Assembly: GCA_003649205.1 (NCBI GenBank)
Contig: QMRC01000005.1
Span: 59,821-123,820, forward strand
Source: Thermoprotei archaeon
Lineage (GTDB): Archaea > Thermoproteota > Thermoprotei > Thermoproteales > B15-G16
DNA length: 64,000 bases
Direction of reading: 5' to 3'
Shown here: positions 29,356 through 37,712 of the stretch, one piece after another
How the letters are laid out: each line of letters opens with the position of its first letter
How positions within the stretch are numbered: the first letter of the stretch is position 1
Notes under the pieces: model-generated
What the model was told of the DNA's origin: nothing
What the model saw: the letters and a program-made list of their open reading frames with translations, nothing else
The model's database searches: none
Made by a program: the position numbers and the translations under genes

Positions 29356-30418
29356 ACCACCTAATAGGTTTGAGGTAGTCCTTACCACCCGCATCAACAC
29401 TACCAACTGTGACTCTGCGGTATACCTCACCACTTGACTTAATCACCTTCTCCAATCTACCAAATACCTCAATCTCCTCACCAGGCTTAGCTAGATCACA
29501 GTACAGTCCCTCATAACACACTACTTCTCGAATATTACTTACCTTAGGTCCCTCAAGAATCCTCACATTACGTACTACGTACTTAGCTGGTAAGAAAATT
29601 GATTCACTATCATCCTCAACCACAGCTCTAATCTTAATCAATCCTTCACCAATGTACCTCTCATCACCATACTTCTCACGTACTTCATGTTCAAGCTTTA
29701 CGGGATGAACTGAGAACTGTCTACCACGGTAGAGAGCTCTATTCCACTTCTCAGAACCATATAGTCGTCGTGCTTCATTTGGTGTAAGTGGGTGTATCTT
29801 TATGATATCTTGAACCCATGCTTCAAGTACTTCTCCTCTAGGTCTCTTAAATGGTGATTTAGGGTCATCGTACAGTTGCAGCAGGGTCTCCTTAACCTTG
29901 AGGGCATTCTCCCTACCATACACAATGATGTCTACATCAGAGTACTTCACATTGTGTATCCGCAACAGAATTGATCCAGTAATACCCATGTACGTAGTGG
30001 AGACACCACTAAACCTCGATAACTCCTCAACTAATTCCTTAGCCAAAGCCTCTAACTCATCTCTAGGCTCTTTCAATATCTCTCTTAACCTCTCCTCAGG
30101 TAAGTAGTGTACCTTGACCCTACTACGTGGAACCTCAATAACTTCAACACCAAGAACTTCGTCATACACCACGTATTCAGGACAGTTCTTTCTCAGGAAA
30201 TCCATGACCGTACTGAAACCAATAGCACTGTAAAACGGTAGTACCCTACCATACATCTTACCATCTCTAGACCACTTAATACGTATCTTAGACTCTACAC
30301 CAGGAACGTACTTGAGGTAACAGATGACTCTATCTGGTGGATGTACATTACCTATTACACAGAATATGTAACCCTCCACACTCTCAATGAAATCTCTATC
30401 ACGGAAGGTAACTCTCAT
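29345..30418 (-). CDS. Pol-beta-fold nucleotidyltransferase, COG1665-like (paralog 2)
   Basis: RDRDFI, HPPDR...YLKY and GITGSILL.IH...SDVDIIVYG. Start set at MRVTF (the ORF track extends to 30469). Confidence 0.8.
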   Translation of the reverse strand: MRVTFRDRDFIESVEGYIFCVIGNVHPPDRVICYLKYVPGVESKIRIKWSRDGKMYGRVLPFYSAIGFSTVMDFLRKNCPEYVVYDEVLGVEVIEVPRSRVKVHYLPEERLREILKEPRDELEALAKELVEELSRFSGVSTTYMGITGSILLRIHNVKYSDVDIIVYGRENALKVKETLLQLYDDPKSPFKRPRGEVLEAWVQDIIKIHPLTPNEARRLYGSEKWNRALYRGRQFSVHPVKLEHEVREKYGDERYIGEGLIKIRAVVEDDSESIFLPAKYVVRNVRILEGPKVSNIREVVCYEGLYCDLAKPGEEIEVFGRLEKVIKSSGEVYRRVTVGSVDAGGKDYLKPIRWFST

Positions 30419-30481
30419 AGAACTCACTGAGGAAGATATTGAGCGCATAAATATATTCCTTAAGACCATGACGAGTAGTAG

Positions 30482-31777
30482 GTGGCTAAGTTGCTGATAT
30501 ACCTAGTAAATCCGCAGGTACCTAGGTCACGAGATGAGGAGAAGAAAGGTCTATACCCACCACTTGGCCTACTCTACATAGCCACAGTACTCAAGGAGAG
30601 AGGATACGAAGTAAAGATATACGAGCTGAACGTAGAGTCATCAAATAAGCTAATTCACGATGTACAGAGAGAGCAACCTGATGTAGTAGGTATAACAGTA
30701 CACACAGTGAGCTTCCCAATAGTGAAGAGCCTCATTAAGGAGCTGAGACAATCATCACCAAGCACCACCATAGTATGTGGTGGTCCACATGCAACACTTT
30801 GTCCAGAAGACTTCATTAACATAGCTGACATAGTTGTGAGAGGTGAAGGTGAGGAAGTAGCTAGAGACCTACCTAATCTACTACATGCAATTAAGGAACT
30901 GAAGACCAGAGCTATGAAGACTACACTAGTGGTTCAGGGAGCTAGTCCGAACATAGATGAGCTACCAATACCTGATAGAGCACTACTCAATACATCGTAC
31001 TATGGTGAGAACATTGGTGTACTCGTAACTAGTAGAGGTTGTCCATTCAATTGCTTATTCTGTTGTGTTCGATACCTCTTCTCTAGAGCTTACAGAGCTA
31101 GATCACCTATGAAGGTGCTACAGGAAGTACTGTACCTAGTAGATAGATTCAATGTACATCGAGTGAAGTTTGTGGATGATGAGTTTACTGTAGTTAGGAG
31201 TAGGGTTCGTGAAATTTGTCAGCTTCTCAAGGAATATGGAGTAGGTGTGACCTGGAGTTTACCCAATGGTATTAGAGTTGATACAGTTGATGAGAGGTTA
31301 CTTAGGGATATGAGTGAAGCTGGTTGTGACTTAGTGTGGTTTGGTATTGAGTCTGGTTCTGAGAGAGTGCTTAAGTACATTAGGAAGGGCATTGATTTGG
31401 AGAAAGCTAGAGGAGTGATTAAGATAGCTAAGGACTACGGTATTAGAGTTGGTGGTTTCTTCATGATAGGAGCACCAGGTGAAACACTTGATGAGTTTAA
31501 GAAGATAATAGACCTAATACCTAAGCTGGATCTAGACTACATACACTTCAGCATAGCAACACCATACCCAAACACTGAGTTCTGGAACTGGGTTCAGGTA
31601 CATGGGAGGTTCATAACACTAGACTACCAGTACTTTGAGAAGACATTCATCTTTGAAACACCTGACTATACGATCAGAGATAGATTGAGAGCTGTAGAGC
31701 TACTAGAGAGAGAACTAGGTTACTACGAGTTAAGTGACGACGTTAAGATCATAGAGGAACTACTTACACGGACCTAA
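30482..31777 (+). CDS. Cobalamin-binding radical SAM protein
   Basis: PPLGLLYIA, GGPHAT, VRGEGE, SRGCPFNCLFC (CxxxCxxC) and GIESGS. Confidence 0.92.
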   Translation: MAKLLIYLVNPQVPRSRDEEKKGLYPPLGLLYIATVLKERGYEVKIYELNVESSNKLIHDVQREQPDVVGITVHTVSFPIVKSLIKELRQSSPSTTIVCGGPHATLCPEDFINIADIVVRGEGEEVARDLPNLLHAIKELKTRAMKTTLVVQGASPNIDELPIPDRALLNTSYYGENIGVLVTSRGCPFNCLFCCVRYLFSRAYRARSPMKVLQEVLYLVDRFNVHRVKFVDDEFTVVRSRVREICQLLKEYGVGVTWSLPNGIRVDTVDERLLRDMSEAGCDLVWFGIESGSERVLKYIRKGIDLEKARGVIKIAKDYGIRVGGFFMIGAPGETLDEFKKIIDLIPKLDLDYIHFSIATPYPNTEFWNWVQVHGRFITLDYQYFEKTFIFETPDYTIRDRLRAVELLERELGYYELSDDVKIIEELLTRT

Positions 31778-31823
31778 AGTACAGGTTCAGGAGACTAACT
31801 AAGTCACGGCTGAGTGGAGCTTC

Positions 31824-32540
31824 ATGAGGGGGAAGGTCATAGTTATCGGCCATAGAGGAGCTCCAAGGTACGAACCTGAGAACACGATACCGAGTTTTCT
31901 GAAGGCGATAGAGCTAGGCGTAGATCTAGTTGAGTGTGATGTGAGGCTCACAAGGGATCTGGTACCTGTGGTCTTTCATGATGAGGATCTAGCAAGACTT
32001 CTAGGAGTGAGGGTTAAGGTACGAGAGCTAACAGTAAGTGAGTTGAAGAGATACAGGATTAGGGGAAGAGAAATACCAACTCTAGAAGAGGTACTCAATG
32101 CACTCAAGTGTAGGTGTGGTCTCATAGTTGAGATCAAGGAGAGGGATTCAGTGGATACAGTACTGAACGTATTGAGGAAGGTAGGAGTACTTGGCTGTGG
32201 AAAGCCAATATACGTAGCTTCCTTCTACCACACAGTAGTTAGGTACGCAACAGAAGTAGAGCCGAGAGTTCGAGGAATAGCTATCATATCCTGTGAACCA
32301 GTTGACCCAGTACACATAGCTAGAGAGGCAGGTGCTGAGATGCTAGCAGTCAGGTACTTGTACATAACGAGAGATCTAGTTGATAAGGCTAAGAGAGCAG
32401 ATGTAAAGGTAATGGCATGGACAGTAAATGACGTAGACGTACTCAGGAGGCTCATAGAGAAAGGAGTAGATGCAGTAGCAACAGACGACCCTAAGCTAGT
32501 AATCAGCTACCTCAAGCACTTAAGTACTCACGAAGAATAA
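31824..32540 (+). CDS. Glycerophosphodiester phosphodiesterase family
   Basis: GHRGA...PENT, ECDVRLTRD, VFHD, VEIK, AWTVND and VATD. Confidence 0.92.
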   Translation: MRGKVIVIGHRGAPRYEPENTIPSFLKAIELGVDLVECDVRLTRDLVPVVFHDEDLARLLGVRVKVRELTVSELKRYRIRGREIPTLEEVLNALKCRCGLIVEIKERDSVDTVLNVLRKVGVLGCGKPIYVASFYHTVVRYATEVEPRVRGIAIISCEPVDPVHIAREAGAEMLAVRYLYITRDLVDKAKRADVKVMAWTVNDVDVLRRLIEKGVDAVATDDPKLVISYLKHLSTHEE

Positions 32541-33165
32541 GGTAACTCCACAGAGAATTAATATTGAGAAAAACATACCTACCAAATAACCTACACACTT
32601 CTTCAGCAGAAACGTAGACAATACCTGGAATTGAACGAACAACATCAGACATAGAGAAAGAGAAACCAAGCAGTAACCTCCTTAACCAAGAACGTAGAAA
32701 ACGAAGAATAGCGGTAGAGTAGCAAGCAACAAAAGGCTCAAGACAACCACAAGACCAAACAGGAACACAAGCAACACCACCACGAGATCTACATTCCTGA
32801 ACTAAGTACCTAAGCAACGCAGAACTAACGAAAGGGTTATCACAGGAAACAACAGCAACAAAGCACTTACCAAGCAAACTCTCAACGAAATCAAGAATAG
32901 AGAACAAGCCAACAACAGGATGACTATACGAATCCAAGACATCACGAATAACAAACCAACGATCAAAACACGAACCAAACCTAGACAAAATATGACGCCA
33001 GAAATCACGCTGATACCCCTCACGAACACAAACCACCAATACATCACAACCACACAATCTCCTCAATAACAAATCAGCAACAGAAAAACCACCAACATCA
33101 AGACAAGCCTTATACACACCCAACCTACTCGAACCACCACCAGCAACAACACCAACAACAAACAT
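32512..33165 (-). CDS. mobA: Molybdenum cofactor guanylyltransferase (MobA-like), compositionally divergent
   Basis: VAGG.SSRLG..KA, VSCDNPFV, EPF.A.Y and FLNIN. Coding strand is extremely G+T-rich. Confidence 0.75.
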   Translation of the reverse strand: MFVVGVVAGGGSSRLGVYKACLDVGGFSVADLLLRRLCGCDVLVVCVREGYQRDFWRHILSRFGSCFDRWFVIRDVLDSYSHPVVGLFSILDFVESLLGKCFVAVVSCDNPFVSSALLRYLVQECRSRGGVACVPVWSCGCLEPFVACYSTAILRFLRSWLRRLLLGFSFSMSDVVRSIPGIVYVSAEEVCRLFGRYVFLNINSLWSYLILREYLSA

Positions 33166-33232
33166 AGTAGCTCAAGGTAAAGAAACCTGAAAACTACAAA
33201 ACAGTTAATCAAGATACCTCAACAATTCAAAC

Positions 33233-33249
33233 ATATAACTGTGTTATAT
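33233..33249. promoter_or_regulatory. Inverted repeat, candidate operator
   Basis: ATATAAC-TGT-GTTATAT in the divergent mobA / DUF2193-like intergenic region. Confidence 0.4.
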
Positions 33250-33379
33250 TTTTCTATCTATAGCACAAAATTAATCGGTATATTTTCTCCTGCACATTTA
33301 ATAGGGTATTCAGGAATAGCTAGCTCATGTACTAACTTATAAGTATGAGTAAAAATTAATTTGTAACGAGGTCGTCCCT

Positions 33380-34948
33380 ATGTCAGTTCCACCAGAGGTT
33401 ATTAAGAAGATGGTTGAGGATGCAATAGCAGTGCAGAGAGCTGACATAGGTGTCATTAAGGAAAAGAGAGGAACAAAATTCACAATACCAGATGCACTAC
33501 CGTACGTAGAAGCAGTAAGGAAGATGGCACCAGTAGGGCCAATGAAGAAAGAGGTCATTGACCTACATGTAAACTCGGTGGTAGCACACTACGAGATACT
33601 GAACGAAATTGCAAAGGATAAGACAATTAGACCAGAAGACGACCCATTTGTAGAACATTACCAGACACCAGTAGTACTGAAGATACTGTATGAACTAGAT
33701 CCAAAGTTCAGAGAAGCAGTAGAGACCTTCGTTAAGGAGCTAGAGAAGAGAAGGGATCTAATTGGTAGAGAAGCAATGAGAAAGTACTGTGGCTTCTACG
33801 GACCAACCTGTGTTGTAGACTTCGCATACTCAGTAGGTGGTATGTCAGGACTCTTCGCCTACATCCTAGAGAAAGTACCAATAGACAAGAAGTACAAAGA
33901 GGCAATACTAGCGGCAAAGAGCTGGGGTATGAACACAAGCTACGGCTTCGGCGCTAAGTTCATATCAGCAATTGAAGCAGGTAAGACACTAGAGGAAGCA
34001 CTCAGCGCAGAGATCGAGATGTTGAAGAAGATCTGGCTAACACCAGTGGAAGCACAGGTAGAGGTGATGAAGGAAGCTGGTCACATTAGCTTTGACCCAG
34101 CAGAGTACATGAAGAGGTATGAGCAGAGGATTAGACCATATGTAAAGGCAGCACTAGATGCTGGTGTGCATCCAGGTAACATCTGTGTGGTACCGGCGTA
34201 CTGTGTTGGTGATGTAGGACACCACATAGCCCAGTCAATGTACAATATGGCGAAGGACGACGTCGTAATGGCGATAATGGAGGCTGTAACAGAGGTTATG
34301 ATATCAACACTAGAGACAGCACTAAAGGAGGGCAAGCTAAAGAGTGAGTATGATGTACTGAGAGTAGCAACAGGTTCAACAGCCGCAGCAGTAGCATACA
34401 TAGCTGAGCAAGACGGCTTCAGCGCATCAATGATAATTGACCTACTAGTGAAGAGGTTCTTCAACCTAGTCCTGAAGTCACCAGCAAGAGGTGTAGCAGC
34501 TGAACTACACAACGTAGACTTCATGGACATGCTACTGAGGGGCTGGAAGATAATTACACCAAAACCATGGGGAAGAGGTGGAGAGGTAATTAAAGGTGTT
34601 AAGGTAGATCTAACACCAATCGAGAAGAATGAAGTACTCAAGAACCCACAGAGATACACCTATCCAGGCTGTGCAATTACAGTGAGGTTCTCAGCACTAA
34701 TGAGATTAGCGGACTTCCCATGCCTACTAACAAGTGAGCCAGTAACAGCAACACTCAACACCTACATCGTAGCACTACGTCCAGAGACCGTGATTTCACC
34801 ACCACCAATATGTAAGAGCTGTGCACCAAGCTTCATACTAACAGGAAGATGTATCCACTGCTACTACAGAAGAGTAATTGCTAAGGAAGTACCACTAGTG
34901 AGTGTCTTTGCAGATGGAGTCCTTGGAGGAGCCGGAGCACTAGGTTAA
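33380..34948 (+). CDS. DUF2193-like protein of unknown function with C-terminal Cys motifs
   Basis: PEDDPFVEHYQTP, GFYGPTCVVDFA, KSWGMNTSYG, YCVGDVGHHI, ELH, CAITVRFS.LMRLADFPCLLTSEP and CxxC..CxxC. Confidence 0.8.
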   Translation: MSVPPEVIKKMVEDAIAVQRADIGVIKEKRGTKFTIPDALPYVEAVRKMAPVGPMKKEVIDLHVNSVVAHYEILNEIAKDKTIRPEDDPFVEHYQTPVVLKILYELDPKFREAVETFVKELEKRRDLIGREAMRKYCGFYGPTCVVDFAYSVGGMSGLFAYILEKVPIDKKYKEAILAAKSWGMNTSYGFGAKFISAIEAGKTLEEALSAEIEMLKKIWLTPVEAQVEVMKEAGHISFDPAEYMKRYEQRIRPYVKAALDAGVHPGNICVVPAYCVGDVGHHIAQSMYNMAKDDVVMAIMEAVTEVMISTLETALKEGKLKSEYDVLRVATGSTAAAVAYIAEQDGFSASMIIDLLVKRFFNLVLKSPARGVAAELHNVDFMDMLLRGWKIITPKPWGRGGEVIKGVKVDLTPIEKNEVLKNPQRYTYPGCAITVRFSALMRLADFPCLLTSEPVTATLNTYIVALRPETVISPPPICKSCAPSFILTGRCIHCYYRRVIAKEVPLVSVFADGVLGGAGALG

Positions 34949-35049
34949 ACGAGAACCATCCTATTAACTCATCCCTATAACCAATCAATTTTTACCAACC
35001 CTTACCTCTCCTTCACGAGAAGAATGGGATTACCTTTACCTAGTCAATA

Positions 35050-35095
35050 ATATGTATATTTATCACTATATATACATATAGAGACTTATATAAAC
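35050..35095 (+). promoter_or_regulatory. 10-bp perfect inverted repeat just upstream of the TATA box of the aquaporin gene
   Basis: ATATGTATAT-N10-ATATACATAT (35050-35079), followed by TTATATAAA (35087-35095) upstream of the start. Confidence 0.55.
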
Positions 35096-35122
35096 CCCCA
35101 ATACGCTACAACTACGGGGAAG

Positions 35123-35854
35123 GTGGGCGGTATGGCCGCTAAGAGTCAACCAACCATAGCACAGATGTTCATATCAGAGCTCATTGGTACCTTTGCACTA
35201 ACATTCTTCGGTGCTGGATCGGTGATATCTTTCCCAGCAGTAATGGGGCCAGGACCAGCAGCACTATTTGCTATTGGTGCTACTTTCGGTTTCATTATTG
35301 CAATAATGATATACGCTACAGGTCACATTTCAGGGACTCATATTAATCCATCAGTAACAATTGGTTTACTAGCCGTTAGGAGATTTCCAGGTAAGCTAGT
35401 TGCACCATACATAGTAGCTCAGTGTATTGGTGGTATTCTAGCTGGTCTATGCCTATATGCATGCTACCCAGTAGCAGGTAGAAAAGTGCACTTCGGCTCA
35501 ACACTACCGAACTACACCCTAGGTGTTACAGATGGTGCTGCTGTACTGATTGAGATTTTACTAACTTTCTGGCTACTTTTCGTGATCATGGGTACTGCTG
35601 TTGACAAGAGAGCACCACCAGGATGGGCTGGTTTCGCAATAGGTTTCACTGTTGCATGTGATATCTGGGTGGGCGGTCCACTAACAGGTTCAAGTCTTAA
35701 CTTCGCTAGATCACTAGGACCTGCTATTGCAGCAGCCATTGCAGGTGACTTCATACCATTAGCAAAGCTGTGGATTTACTTGGTAGGTCCAATTATTGGT
35801 GGTGTACTCGGAGCTGTAATCTACGAGTACTGCTTCAAACCAGCAAGATCGTAG
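35123..35854 (+). CDS. MIP/aquaporin family channel (AqpM-like)
   Basis: ELIGTF, ISGTHINPSV, EILLTF and TGSSLNFARS, with six TM helices. Confidence 0.93.
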   Translation: MGGMAAKSQPTIAQMFISELIGTFALTFFGAGSVISFPAVMGPGPAALFAIGATFGFIIAIMIYATGHISGTHINPSVTIGLLAVRRFPGKLVAPYIVAQCIGGILAGLCLYACYPVAGRKVHFGSTLPNYTLGVTDGAAVLIEILLTFWLLFVIMGTAVDKRAPPGWAGFAIGFTVACDIWVGGPLTGSSLNFARSLGPAIAAAIAGDFIPLAKLWIYLVGPIIGGVLGAVIYEYCFKPARS

Positions 35855-35924
35855 GAAGTTAAGAGGTAGGAGGAGGGTAGTGAGTAATTCCTCTCTTTTT
35901 CCCTTCTTTGTACTAACTCAAATA

Positions 35925-36560
35925 TTATCTATTTCGTTGCTGTGCTGTTTGTTGTGGTTGTGTTGCTACCTGCGGTTTATAGTGTGGACAGAAGTACTTG
36001 TATGGACACTCTCCACACTCTCTGGGATCTCGTGGTGATGACCAGCTCTCTATGAGCTTTCTAACATCCTCATCTGTGAACTCTTCCGTTACCTCTACTT
36101 CACGTATTCCCCTTGGTGATAGGTAGAGTATGTAGGCTTTCTTAGCTCCTGTAACCCACTTATAGAGCTTTACCTGCATTATGTGTCTCTCCTTCGGTAA
36201 TGTCTCTAGCGGTGCTGTTGTGAACTTGAAGTCTATCAGTACTTCGCCATCGAAGTAATCTGGTTGTGCGTATATAGTGTACCTTGTACCTCCTACATCA
36301 ATTGTCTTACTGAATACTTTCTCGCTGTAACCCAGTATACTCTCTAAACCCTCGTGAATAGCTTCGCTAACTATGTTTATGGGCTTTATCGAGTTCGCTA
36401 TGACTATGTGTGGTAGAGTTCTGTTGAATGTTGCTCTCTGCTTACAGCCACACAGTTCGTAGACAGCTAGTTCCTGTAGTGATTGCCTACCTTCGAGCAG
36501 CCACTGGTGGTACTTCTTAATTATGTGATCTAGGTACTTCTTCAGCAATAGCTCCAACAC
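35925..36560 (-). CDS. Solo Cas4-like PD-(D/E)XK nuclease with Fe-S staple
   Basis: N-terminal Cys, IH, PDY...LIDFK, QVKLY and C-terminal CGECPY..FC. No other cas gene or array nearby. Confidence 0.8.
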   Translation of the reverse strand: MLELLLKKYLDHIIKKYHQWLLEGRQSLQELAVYELCGCKQRATFNRTLPHIVIANSIKPINIVSEAIHEGLESILGYSEKVFSKTIDVGGTRYTIYAQPDYFDGEVLIDFKFTTAPLETLPKERHIMQVKLYKWVTGAKKAYILYLSPRGIREVEVTEEFTDEDVRKLIESWSSPRDPRECGECPYKYFCPHYKPQVATQPQQTAQQRNR

Positions 36561-36626
36561 ATTAACTCACCCTTCAACTAGTTGTGTGGTGCTGATTATC
36601 TCTCTTAAATTCATAACCACGATGAG

Positions 36627-37712
36627 TTAAGATCTCAAAATATCAATACATGCCTTCAATCCACTTACTAAGTATTCGATATCTTCCTCAGCTATGTACC
36701 CCATGACACCAACTCTAATTACTGAATTCTCCAATATCCCAAGACCTCTCGCTACCACGATACCAAACTCCTCTCTAAGTGTCTTCACAATAGACTTAGC
36801 ACTGAGGTCACTAGGCACCTTCAGTACAGCTACAGTACTTGACCTAACCTCAAATCTCGGAAATCTAGTGAACTCTATAGTTTTAACTCTCTCATACAGT
36901 AGATCGGTTAAGTACCTGAATCTCCTCCATCGACCTTCTAATCCTTCCTCCTTGAGAATCTGTAGTGCAGTCTCAAGACCGTACAGCACGTTAATTGCTG
37001 GTGTGTAGGGTGTTTCTGATCTCTCGTGAACGTATTTGATGTACCTAGTTAAGTCCATGTAGATTGGTTTACCTCGAACTTTCTCAGCAACCTTAATAGC
37101 TTCTGGACTCAAAGCAACAAACGATACTCCAGGAGGTGCACCAATACACTTCTGACTACAACCAGCAACAGCATCAATACACCACCTATCCATGTAGAAT
37201 TCCTCACCACCAATAGCTGAAATAGCATCAACACATACGAGTAGACCATATTTCTTAGCTAACTCCGCAATCCTCTTTAACTCTCGTAGAGTAACACCCG
37301 TACTAGTCTCCGTAAACACAGTGAATAGCGCTTTGTAGTGTCTTCTCTCAAGCGCATTCTCAACATCACTTATCTCAACAATATCTCCTAATGGAGCTTC
37401 AACAACATCTACCACAGCTCCTCTCCTAATTAATGACTCGCGTAATCTCTCACCAAAGAACCCAAATGATAGAAGCAATACCCTATCACCAGGCTCAATA
37501 AGCGAGTACACCATAGACTCAACAGCTAGGGTACCTGAACCGGTAAGTACAGCAACCTCACCCTCAGTAGTCTGTACGACGTACTTAAGATCATCCACTA
37601 CCTTCCTGAGCAATGACCTAAATTCCTGAGTTCTATGACTAATGACCTGTCTAGACATAGCTTCAAGTACTTCCCTACGTAGGTATACGGGACCCGGTGT
37701 AAACAACTTCAT
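36627..37712 (-). CDS. Class V PLP aminotransferase (serine-pyruvate/alanine-glyoxylate; archaeal phosphoserine aminotransferase candidate)
   Basis: FTPGP, SHR, GSGT, ETSTG, DAIS, SQKC..PPG, TPYTP and RVG.MG. Confidence 0.9.
   Translation of the reverse strand: MKLFTPGPVYLRREVLEAMSRQVISHRTQEFRSLLRKVVDDLKYVVQTTEGEVAVLTGSGTLAVESMVYSLIEPGDRVLLLSFGFFGERLRESLIRRGAVVDVVEAPLGDIVEISDVENALERRHYKALFTVFTETSTGVTLRELKRIAELAKKYGLLVCVDAISAIGGEEFYMDRWCIDAVAGCSQKCIGAPPGVSFVALSPEAIKVAEKVRGKPIYMDLTRYIKYVHERSETPYTPAINVLYGLETALQILKEEGLEGRWRRFRYLTDLLYERVKTIEFTRFPRFEVRSSTVAVLKVPSDLSAKSIVKTLREEFGIVVARGLGILENSVIRVGVMGYIAEEDIEYLVSGLKACIDILRS

Noticed and set aside
34081-34659. Long antisense ORFs (e.g. 34081..34659, 38151..38648, 18292..18738, 41616..42044)
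   Set aside because: Ser/Thr/Leu-rich shadows opposite well-supported genes, explained by codon bias.
35925-36627. CRISPR-Cas locus
   Set aside because: No repeat-spacer array and no other cas gene in the window.
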